A program made the position numbers and the translations under genes. Below are positions 1-7,707 of a DNA stretch of 64,000 nucleotides, one piece after another. Positions within the stretch are counted from its first letter, which is position 1; the number at the start of each line of letters is the position of its first letter. This DNA is from an uncultured virus (IMG/VR IMGVR_UViG_3300046536_000804). Taxonomy: Duplodnaviria; Heunggongvirae; Uroviricota; Caudoviricetes. Under the pieces are notes generated by a model that saw nothing but the letters and a program-made list of their open reading frames with translations, made no database searches and was not told the origin of the DNA. Where the stretch lies: IMG/VR virus record IMGVR_UViG_3300046536_000804. One strand, given 5' to 3'.

Positions 1-288
1 AACAACCAGTACCCGGTGCTCGAAGAGCGACCGTGGCGTAGCCGCAAGCTGACCACCCTCGACGATACCGATGCCCTTGCTCAGGATCAGAGTCTCGCAA
101 GCGACTTTGACTCGCAACGCCGCGTAGCCGTCCGGCTGACCTTGTCTCAGCAGCTCTTCTGCCGGACGAAGTTTCGGCAACCATTCGGGATGCTTATCGC
201 ACCGCAATAATGGAAGAGCCATGTTACTGGCGACCAACTCAGCGACCGCCGTCTTCCCTGCCCCTGACGGACCAGTGATGCACAACAT
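1..288 (-). CDS. P-loop NMP-kinase-like protein (runs off window edge)
   Basis: Manual translation from ATG at 288 gives MLCITGPSGAGKTAVAELVA... (Walker A GxxGxGKT) and a later IVEG motif; AAGG-type RBS upstream; not in the ORF track because it is truncated. Confidence 0.7.
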   Translation of the reverse strand, partial: MLCITGPSGAGKTAVAELVASNMALPLLRCDKHPEWLPKLRPAEELLRQGQPDGYAALRVKVACETLILSKGIGIVEGGQLAATPRSLFEHRVLVV

Positions 289-311
289 ATCCTTACCCCA
301 GCAAGTGTACG

Positions 312-349
312 AAAAAAGCCCTAAGTTGCACTTGCACAACTTAGAGCTT
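312..349 (-). terminator. Putative intrinsic terminator after the tRNA cluster
   Basis: Inverted repeat CTAAGTTG/CAACTTAG followed by a T-run on the minus strand (A-run at 312-317 on +). Confidence 0.55.
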
Positions 350-476
350 CGGCAAGTTCAGAATCTGAACTAGCTATGCTGCACCACGATATACTGACAC
401 ACTTTCGAGGCTAATTTAGCACAAATGGACCCAATGACTTTTGTCGTCTTTGACCCGACGCAAAGGGTTAGTGAAT

Positions 477-549
477 CGCCCTCGCTCGGATTCGAACCGA
501 GGTCTCAACCGTTTAGAGCGGTAGTGCGATGCCGCTTCGCCACGAGGGC
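477..549 (-). tRNA. tRNA with CUA anticodon (amber-suppressor-like)
   Basis: Minus strand folds as GCCCTCG-TG-GCGA/TCGC D arm-ACCG[CTCTAAA]CGGT-CTCGG[TTCGAAT]CCGAG-CGAGGGC-G; anticodon CTA. Confidence 0.85.
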
Positions 550-1140
550 TTTATTCCTTCCGCAGAATGTTTCTGTCTGCGAGTTGCAGTTTGGGCACAG
601 CAACCTCAGGTTGCTTACGAGACCATTGCGACGATTTCCGTCTATGTGATCCAAGATAAGTACAAGCGGTTTGCCGAACCAAGACGGTGAATTACCGCAT
701 TCGTAGCAGTTGTTGTTCAGGATGCCTTCGGCGATCAGTCTTCGTTTTCTACCGCCACCGATGGGGTGGTCACTGTCTGCAACTAACACCTCCGCCCACG
801 GCGTACGTTGTCTGATTCCTGACGTGCCGTGACTTAACCCTTTCCAGTGGCTGGTATCAAGACCGTGTCTCGCCACTTCGCGTTTCACCCAGCTATAGGC
901 AGAGCCTACAATAGCTCGATTCATCTTGCGAAGGACTGCTGATATGCTCAAGCTCTCTGCAACAGCCTGTTTGAACGCGTCAACGTCGTATCCTTGCCGT
1001 CGGTTACTTACTAGATGGTCAAGGCGGTGTTTCTTGATCCACCAGCGAACAGTTGATCGCGAACAATCAAAATAATCGGCGATCTCCTGTAGCGATTCGT
1101 CGTGGATCGTCAAACGCTGCTCGAGAATATTTTTGTCCAT
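505..1140 (-). CDS. HNH homing endonuclease with N-terminal HTH
   Basis: CYECG...LDHIDGNRRNGLVSNLRLLCPNCNSQT HNH/zinc motifs; N-terminal SLQEIADYFDCSRSTVRWW HTH; likely start ATG at 1140; 3' end overlaps the CUA tRNA. Confidence 0.9.
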   Translation of the reverse strand: MDKNILEQRLTIHDESLQEIADYFDCSRSTVRWWIKKHRLDHLVSNRRQGYDVDAFKQAVAESLSISAVLRKMNRAIVGSAYSWVKREVARHGLDTSHWKGLSHGTSGIRQRTPWAEVLVADSDHPIGGGRKRRLIAEGILNNNCYECGNSPSWFGKPLVLILDHIDGNRRNGLVSNLRLLCPNCNSQTETFCGRNKALVAKRHRTTALNG

Positions 1141-1167
1141 ACATACTATCGTAGCACAACAGGAGTG

Positions 1168-1207
1168 GCGGAGCAATTCGCTGCTCTGCCAATTGAGCTA
1201 CGGCCGC
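1168..1207 (-). pseudogene. Truncated tRNA 5' half
   Basis: GCGGCCG-TA-GCTC-AATTGGCA-GAGC-A-GCGAA...; canonical acceptor 5' strand and D arm, but no T arm or 3' acceptor strand before the HNH gene. Confidence 0.6.
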
Positions 1208-1213
1208 TTACAT

Positions 1214-1287
1214 TGACCTCGCCTGGAGTCGAACCAGGATTACGACCGTTTAACGGGTCGGGAATTAGCCAATTATTCGACGAGGTC
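1214..1287 (-). tRNA. Atypical tRNA with 8-nt anticodon loop CGTTAAAC (likely UUA ochre-suppressor-like; UAA possible)
   Basis: GACCTCG/CGAGGTC acceptor, GAAT/ATTC D stem, CGACC/GGTCG anticodon stem, CCTGG-TTCGACT-CCAGG T arm. Confidence 0.75.
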
Positions 1288-1292
1288 TAAAG

Positions 1293-1464
1293 AGCCGGTG
1301 GCAAGATTCGAACTTGCGTCCAACGGTTTATTAAACCGCTGCTCGAGCAGTGTCAGCTCTGGCGTTCTTCACCGGTTGTACTTCCCGGCTATCACCGCTT
1401 TCGCTTGGCTGCCAGATCATCGCAACGTTAACGCCCGCGACGATCCCCACTGAGCTACACCGGC
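1293..1464 (-). tRNA. tRNA-like gene, anticodon AAT, with a 107-nt D loop
   Basis: GCCGGTG/CACCGGC acceptor; GCTC/GAGC D stem enclosing 1345-1451; GCGGT[TTAATAA]ACCGT anticodon arm; GCAAG[TTCGAAT]CTTGC T arm. Confidence 0.7.
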
Positions 1465-1468
1465 ATAG

Positions 1469-1587
1469 CGGCGGTGGCTGGATTCGAACCAACACCTCCC
1501 AGCAAGCTGGGTGCTCACCACCCCGGAAGGGGAGTGCCGATCTTTGCCGGCGAACCGGTTTCGAAGGACACATTGAGCTACACCGCC
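1469..1587 (-). ncRNA. tRNA-like RNA with a 58-nt D loop and no canonical anticodon loop
   Basis: GGCGGTG/CACCGCC acceptor; GCTC/GAGC D stem enclosing 1517-1574; CCCAG[CTTG]CTGGG arm; GTTGG[TTCGAAT]CCAGC T arm. Confidence 0.7.
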
Positions 1588-1624
1588 GTTGTCCTCTTTC
1601 ACCCGAGGCCAAGGGTTATCTGTC

Positions 1625-1981
1625 TCACGCTGCTGCCAGGGACAAGCCCCGCAGCAACTTCTGCTTACGGAACACCCGCCGCTGCTCGCCCGACACCAAC
1701 TCGGTGGCAAACGCCGTCATCTCGTTGTCGAGATCCTCTTCCCAGAACTCGCTGCAGCGGATGCCGGCAGCTCTCGCAGTCTTCAGCATCTCGACGAGTT
1801 CTTTCTCGTCGGCGACGGTGCAGATGACCAGGTTGGGACTCTCGACGTCTTCAGGGGTGAGATGGTTGCGTGCCGATTTGATGGCAGCATGGCAAGCCTG
1901 GACGGCCTGCTGTGGGACAGAAAGGTCTTCGCGGACGACGCAATAAATGTACTGCGTTGGACTGGAGATCTAGTGAGTCAT
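1625..1981 (-). CDS. Peptidyl-tRNA hydrolase Pth2-like protein with in-frame TAG at codon 4
   Basis: AAGGAG RBS, then ATG ACT CAC TAG ATC...; read-through gives MTH*ISSPTQYIYCVVREDLSVPQQAVQACHAAI...LVICTVADEKEL...FWEEDLDNEMTAFATE (Pth2-like YxVVRxDL..QxxHA pattern); missed by the ORF track. Confidence 0.7.
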
Positions 1982-2060
1982 GACTCGCTCCTTGGGGTTG
2001 AAGATGACCACAAACACATTGTAAGCTCCGGCCTGGCGCCGGCAAGGGGAATTCCGATTT

Positions 2061-3096
2061 TTATTTATCGAGCAGCTTGATCAGGGCCATCGCCTCGATC
2101 TGCAGATCACCGACCGGTGCGTCGATGTAGGTGCCGTCGACGACCCGGACATACTGCTTCAACAAGTCGAGAAGCTTCGGCGCGTGGGCCAGCAGCACGA
2201 CCCGCGGAAAGGTGACCTCGTTGTCGTACGCCTCGTCCAGGGTCTTCGGAATGATCGCCACGATATCGTGGTTATCGGTATCGGGATCACGCAGGAGCCA
2301 GTTCTCTAGGGTCTCCTCGTCGTTCTCCCAGTCAAAAGGTTCAGCCAACGTCAGTTACTCCTAAGTTGGTTTCATAAGGAACGGGGCTTTGCAGGTCGCC
2401 TGCATCTTTTTCATCGCGTCAACAAGATCGCTGAACGTGGGTAGATCCGGGGTCGAGCTGTTCGTGAAGGTCATCTCTGCCGAGAAGCTCGGCTGCTCGC
2501 TGCCAGGATCGACGCCGATCCCGTTGGTGTAAGGAACATCCATCAAAATCATCTTCTTGATACGGTCCCAGAGCTCTGGGTGCATCACGAGCGTATCGAG
2601 CACGCGATACGCTGTGTGCATCGGCTTTGTGACCCAACGGCCGTAATTGCAGGCTTTCGCCCAGGATAGATCCTCTGGGCCGTACTCGACGAACCGGTCT
2701 TTCGGAAACTCCCAGACCCTATTCGTCATTGACCGGTCCAGAACCACATTCAGTCCGCAGAATAACCTTGGGGGCATCGTTGATCACCTCTTTGACGGCC
2801 TCGTCGAGCTCCTGGGCACATCCCAACAGCATCTCACGAAACTCTCTGCTACGCCAGTTCTCGGCGTCTTCCTCCATCTCCAGGACGTTGGCCCGCCAGG
2901 ACTCGGCCAACTTGCTCATCTTCTTGACGAGCTCGATCGGTGCGATCGGTTGGCCTTCGAGACTGAGCACGCCGGCAGCCAGTTTGCCGGCCGCATACTG
3001 CTGCAGGGCTCTGGCGGTTTCTTCGTCCTTGTCCACCTGCTCGGTGGCCATCTGAACAACACGGGCGAACTCGAACAAGGTCGGGTCGATCATCAT
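2061..3096 (-). other. Three small hypothetical genes (2061-2348, 2361-2777, 2719-3096)
   Basis: Tightly packed or overlapping co-oriented ORFs with protein-like composition. Confidence 0.65.
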
Positions 3097-4091
3097 TACT
3101 CCGTTTTGGGAAGATCAGCGGCCGCCTTTCGCAGGCAGTCGAGAATAGTCGCGCCTGCAAACCGATCTTTATAAAACCCATTGTTGACGATTTGGTGCAA
3201 CTCAACGAGAGCGTCAGGGCCAGCAAAATCCGGATTGCATCCGATGATGTGCAGTTCAACGTTGTCGGATTCGGTTATCTTGTGCACAAGCTCGACGAAC
3301 TCCTTGTCGGTCGATATCTGGGTATCAGGGATTTTGATGCCAGGACGAACCGTCACATCCGTCACTTTCTCGAGAAACCGCTGCATCTGCGGCAGGATCA
3401 CATACACCTTCTCGAGAAAATCGCCAAACTCTGTCTCTGTCGAAATGTTTTGTGCCTCTACGACTTCGTTCAGAAGTTGTAGCGCTTCGGCTTTGATCTC
3501 ACCGTCCGCGGTTTTGGGTACGTCTGGCACGATCTCTTGCTTCTCGAAGTCAACCTCACGAACGATCTCGACTGGCGTTCCGTCGCTGGTGCGATGCGTG
3601 TCGACGTGGTACACTCTTGCCGGCTTCACCATCTTATGCCTGAGCACGCCGTTGTCGTCGCACGGCCCGATATTCGCCCTGACCCACGAAACGGCTTCAT
3701 CTCTCGAAGAGAATCCAGCGATGTTCGTGTAGACGTCCTGGCCAGGCGGAATGAGCCGGAGGCGCCCAGGCAGGCTGATGTGGAACGCGTCGCCCTTGGG
3801 CATGTCAGTCATGTTGGGCTTGCTTGACGACGATCGGCAAGTTTCTAGTGATTGGAACGCTGTCGGAATCTTAGGCGGCTCGGTAGGCTCAGCGATCCGT
3901 TTCATGATCGATGCAGCCATCGCCGACGCCTCTTTGAAAGTGGGGAAGACCACCGTCTCGGTGTCGCCACTGTTGAGCACCACGCAAAGTTCGCTGAAGT
4001 TGCCGTCTCTCGTTCTTGCCTTGACGACATCCACTGTCGTCAGGTCGACCCACAAGATTCGCTCTGCCGGATCTTCAAGTTGCATCCACAT
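3096..4091 (-). CDS. Hypothetical protein, paralog of 4121-4735
   Basis: 331-aa ORF sharing MWMQL start, EVDFEKQ and EAxxWxRxxxGxCDDxG blocks with its neighbour. Confidence 0.75.
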   Translation of the reverse strand: MWMQLEDPAERILWVDLTTVDVVKARTRDGNFSELCVVLNSGDTETVVFPTFKEASAMAASIMKRIAEPTEPPKIPTAFQSLETCRSSSSKPNMTDMPKGDAFHISLPGRLRLIPPGQDVYTNIAGFSSRDEAVSWVRANIGPCDDNGVLRHKMVKPARVYHVDTHRTSDGTPVEIVREVDFEKQEIVPDVPKTADGEIKAEALQLLNEVVEAQNISTETEFGDFLEKVYVILPQMQRFLEKVTDVTVRPGIKIPDTQISTDKEFVELVHKITESDNVELHIIGCNPDFAGPDALVELHQIVNNGFYKDRFAGATILDCLRKAAADLPKTE

Positions 4092-4120
4092 TGTCCGTGT
4101 CCCCTTTTTGTTTGAGTTGT

Positions 4121-4735
4121 TTAATTGTCAGGGCAATAGGTTATCAGATTGACGTTCCCCTCATCATCACAGACGCCAACGTGACTGCGAATCCATTCGA
4201 CGGCTGCTTCCTTTGTCATGCAAGAGCGAATGTGCACCCAACTATCTTCGCGACCCTCTATGCAGTAATCAGGTCGAGGTAGATCGATCATGAATGGTCC
4301 GCGGGATTGCGTATACTTGGCGTCCTCTTTCCAGAGCTCCAGAGCGTCTCTCGGTTCAGATCGCTCCGGTTCACCGCTGGCAATCGTTTGTTTCTCGAAG
4401 TCAACCTCTGTCGTTGGCCAACCGTCTTGCATTTGACGTCTCGCCACCAACCGGCGTTCGAGACTCTCGGGCTTCTTACTCGAACTACGGCTGGACTCAT
4501 CGCGGGTGAACTTCGTCGGATCTATTGCGGTGAGCTGCTTCAGGAGTGACGAAGCCATATCCGCGGCGGCAGCGTAAGTCAGGAACGACAAGACCCTCTC
4601 GTGACCGTCGATCACCAGTTTGAGCGTTCCGAACTGTTCGTTTCCTACAGGCTTGGCATAGACCTGAACGAGTGACAGTTTAGTCAGGTCGATCCAGATT
4701 GCCTCGTGAGTCATGCCATACAGTTGCATCCACAT
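4121..4735 (-). CDS. Hypothetical protein, paralog of 3096-4091
   Basis: 204-aa ORF; near-identical upstream/RBS sequence to the paralog. Confidence 0.75.
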   Translation of the reverse strand: MWMQLYGMTHEAIWIDLTKLSLVQVYAKPVGNEQFGTLKLVIDGHERVLSFLTYAAAADMASSLLKQLTAIDPTKFTRDESSRSSSKKPESLERRLVARRQMQDGWPTTEVDFEKQTIASGEPERSEPRDALELWKEDAKYTQSRGPFMIDLPRPDYCIEGREDSWVHIRSCMTKEAAVEWIRSHVGVCDDEGNVNLITYCPDN

Positions 4736-4769
4736 TGTCCGGTTCCCCTTTTTGTTTGAATGCGGTTCG

Positions 4770-5288
4770 TTACGATGCTTTGTCGGTTTGCTTCGTTGCT
4801 ATCCAGGCGAGAAACTTGCGTAGCTTGTGATACTCATCTGGCTGTCGGCATCTCAGGAACTCCAGAGCGCGAAGGCACGTCTCGTCGTCCTTCAACGCGG
4901 CAGCCCATACATGCCTCCAGACTCCCTCGTCGTGGGCGAATCGCGGATCGACATCGTGTTTCTCCAGCCTGAATTCCAGATCGGATCGGTAGAAACTGAT
5001 GCACCAACCTTGCGATCTAGCTGAGACGATGTCTGAATCAGTCCAACGAGGCAGGCCGAATTCTGGCACGATGTCCGTCGGTTTGACCTTCTCACAGGTG
5101 ATACCACGGAAGTGGAAGCTGCCGTTATCGTGTAACAGTATGACGTCGAAGGTGTCGTCTGCTTTCGTTGCACCACTATTGAGCCTCTCGATCATGACCA
5201 ACGATTCCGGCAGTACCATCATGGCCTGGTGGTCTCGATCTTTGCCGGCTAAGTCGACGACCGTTCTACCGATCATGTTAATGTGCAT
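4770..5288 (-). CDS. Hypothetical protein
   Basis: Start MHINMIG at 5288 behind a GAGGAG RBS. Confidence 0.65.
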   Translation of the reverse strand: MHINMIGRTVVDLAGKDRDHQAMMVLPESLVMIERLNSGATKADDTFDVILLHDNGSFHFRGITCEKVKPTDIVPEFGLPRWTDSDIVSARSQGWCISFYRSDLEFRLEKHDVDPRFAHDEGVWRHVWAAALKDDETCLRALEFLRCRQPDEYHKLRKFLAWIATKQTDKAS

Positions 5289-5331
5289 AATAACTCCTCT
5301 TCCTTTGATAGGTAATTGTACGCATGTTAAT

Positions 5332-5357
5332 ATGCCGCAATTTGGTCGATAATTTAG
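5332..5357 (-). promoter_or_regulatory. Putative phage promoter motif CTAAATT-N12-GCGGCAT (also 394-419, 32125-32150, 40981-41006, 41069-41094, 45565-45590)
   Basis: Six intergenic copies with the same 26-bp span, each upstream of minus-strand genes. Confidence 0.6.
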
Positions 5358-5359
5358 AC

Positions 5360-5395
5360 AAAAAAAAAACCGCAGCCACTTGCGTGGCTGCGGTT
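5360..5395 (-). terminator. Intrinsic terminator after the major capsid gene
   Basis: AACCGCAGCCAC-loop-GTGGCTGCGGTT hairpin followed by about 10 T on the minus strand. Confidence 0.85.
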
Positions 5396-5434
5396 CGCGG
5401 GACCGGCGGAGACGTAAATCGTAGGGGCTTCGTG

Positions 5435-6358
5435 TTAGACGAAGGTCGTCTTGGCGAAGCTGATGTGACCGAGGGAGCAACCGATGCTCTTGTAGAAGTA
5501 CCATTCGAGCATCGGACCCTCGCGTTTGCTATACATCGTTGTTGGCTCGAGAGTCAGGTTTTTCCCGATGAACTTCGCTTCGGGAAACTGATAGACAACC
5601 TCATCCGGCACAAGGTCGTTCTTGATGGTCACAACCCAGTTGCGATCGAGGAATCGCGACATGTGCATGCCGTTGACGATGATGTCTTCGGCCTTGTCGC
5701 CACCCATTTCGTCGCGGCCCCACTTCATGAAGTTGAGCCACGAGGATTGGTTGGTGAGGCAGGTGTGCGAGTTGAGGCGGAAGACCGTCTGCTGGAGGAT
5801 CTTCAACATCTCGACGACCTCGGTGCGGCCCATGGAGCCGGAGATCTGCCGGTTGAGGATCGTGTTGGCCAGCGTCTGCGTGGTGCCGACGTTGCCGATC
5901 GCGACGCCGACGCCATAAATCAGGTTTCCATCTTCTTCCGCTAACATGTCCTTGACAGCATTGTCCGACATGACCTGCCGCACGTCCATGACGTACGAGC
6001 GGAGCAGATCGAGATCCTTGTTGAAGCGAACCGTCTGCAGCCGGCAGAACTGGACCGCGTAACGATCGCCAGTGATCGTGTAGTTGGTCGGCAACTGAGC
6101 GAAGCCGAGCGTGATCGCCGCCGGCGAGCCATTTTCCTTGTCGACCACGTACCACGGCATTTCCGTATCGACCCGCCGAGTCAACTCGGCATTGGTGATC
6201 GTCTGCTGCGGGATGATCTTTTCGAGAAACCCATCTTCACGCATGGTTGTACGCGTGAAGCTCTCGATCGCGTCGGTACCGCGCTTCTCCAGCCCTGGGC
6301 TTTCCAGGTAGCTGATGATCGTTTGGTTCCGTTCGCGAGTGGCTGCAAAATCGCTCAT
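5435..6358 (-). CDS. Major capsid protein (likely HK97 fold)
   Basis: 307 aa with capsid-like size and pattern; strong AAGGAG RBS and strong terminator; last gene of a protease-scaffold-decoration-capsid series. Confidence 0.7.
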   Translation of the reverse strand: MSDFAATRERNQTIISYLESPGLEKRGTDAIESFTRTTMREDGFLEKIIPQQTITNAELTRRVDTEMPWYVVDKENGSPAAITLGFAQLPTNYTITGDRYAVQFCRLQTVRFNKDLDLLRSYVMDVRQVMSDNAVKDMLAEEDGNLIYGVGVAIGNVGTTQTLANTILNRQISGSMGRTEVVEMLKILQQTVFRLNSHTCLTNQSSWLNFMKWGRDEMGGDKAEDIIVNGMHMSRFLDRNWVVTIKNDLVPDEVVYQFPEAKFIGKNLTLEPTTMYSKREGPMLEWYFYKSIGCSLGHISFAKTTFV

Positions 6359-6420
6359 CGTTGGCTCCTTCGTTGCACTCTTTCACCCGAGGCAGGGGGG
6401 TTATTATTGTGGCAACTCGA

Positions 6421-7059
6421 TTACACGGACTGCGTCGGATGCCCGGGCAGGTAAACCGGGTAGAAGCAAAGAATCGAGACGTTGTTGATGTTGGTGAACT
6501 TCGGAGTCGTCGGCGCCGTACCGCCTTGGCGGATGTTCGGCGAAGACGGAATGATCGCGACGCCGCAGATGGCGGTGTACTTGCTGCTCTGGCTGGCAAT
6601 CGTGTCCGAGATGTAGATGACGCCCTGGTTGGTCAGACGGCCGGATTCGAGGCCGCCACCACCATGCACGTCGATCGCGGCATTGCCGATCGGAGCGCGG
6701 AGGAATTGGTTCGGCAGATAGTTCTGGGTCGTGTCGAACTCGGTGGTCCAGAATTCCATCGGCGCGAGGCCGGGGAAGCAACCGATACGGCCGCGGGGCA
6801 CGACCGGCCACCAGGTGGTGCCTGGGGTGTTCATGACGTCAAGCGATGCCGAACCGCCGAACAGGAAGAACGGCATCTGCAAGGCGATGACGCCTGGTTC
6901 GAGTTCGCCCGCGGAGTTCTGGTGACAGACCTGACCCGGAGTCAGATCGTACAGAACGTTGGCCGAGGCCTTGTACGAAGCATCCAACGCGCTCGGGGAC
7001 GGCCAGCCCTTGCTGGCGTTGAGAGCGTGGGTACTCATGGCTGCTGGTTGCGATGGCAT
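6421..7059 (-). CDS. Putative head decoration/cement protein
   Basis: 212 aa, Gly/Pro-rich and beta-like, directly upstream of the capsid gene. Confidence 0.5.
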   Translation of the reverse strand: MPSQPAAMSTHALNASKGWPSPSALDASYKASANVLYDLTPGQVCHQNSAGELEPGVIALQMPFFLFGGSASLDVMNTPGTTWWPVVPRGRIGCFPGLAPMEFWTTEFDTTQNYLPNQFLRAPIGNAAIDVHGGGGLESGRLTNQGVIYISDTIASQSSKYTAICGVAIIPSSPNIRQGGTAPTTPKFTNINNVSILCFYPVYLPGHPTQSV

Positions 7060-7179
7060 GGAACTCGCCTCCGTGGACCGTTGCAGAGTGGATTGGACTC
7101 TGCAAGTTATTGTTTACGTAATTGAAACACACTTTCGGTCAGAGTGCAAATCGGGACATGCCGATGCACTCTGACAAAA

Positions 7180-7630
7180 TTACTGACCCCAGCCAAGCGC
7201 CCGATCAGCTTCTTCGGATCGTCGACGTTCGAACTCGGCGCGACGGCTTTCGACGCTCGAAAACACGCTCGCGGCCTTGGTGGTCGTGGCGCCGTTGAGC
7301 GAGCCGTTCTGGCCGACTTGTCGAGCCGGAATGCCCGTCTTGCTGGTCATGTCGGTAACCGTCTCGGCGGCGAATTTCAACAGCTTGAGAACCGAGACAG
7401 GCTTGAGCAGCTCAATGTCGGCGGCGTCCTTCTCCGTCAGATCGAGAAGACCAGCCTTCAACATCGCAGCCACTGTGCCGGGAATCTCGGCCTGAGCAAG
7501 CGCCAATTCGGTGGCGTAACGCTGACGATCGCTGGCAGCCTTCTCGAGCAGCACGTTGTTGATCTCGATGATCTCCAGCGTGTTTTCCTCGATTGAGGCG
7601 GCTGCAGCTTTCTTTTGGGTATCGGCCATT
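7180..7630 (-). CDS. Head-module helical protein
   Basis: Start MADTQKK at 7630 with GGAG RBS; Ala/Glu/Lys-rich. Confidence 0.55.
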
Positions 7631-7707
7631 GCTGTTCTCCGTTGCACACTGTTACCCGGTGCAATGGGTTGTAGTCGAATCAGTATCACCCGGTTCGCGA
7701 CAGTGGG

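Noticed and set aside
477..549. tRNA-Pyl (CUA anticodon, CUCUAAA loop, G73)
   Set aside because: It has a canonical GG-containing D loop, TTC T loop and two bases between acceptor and D stems, unlike tRNA-Pyl; no pyl genes are in the window
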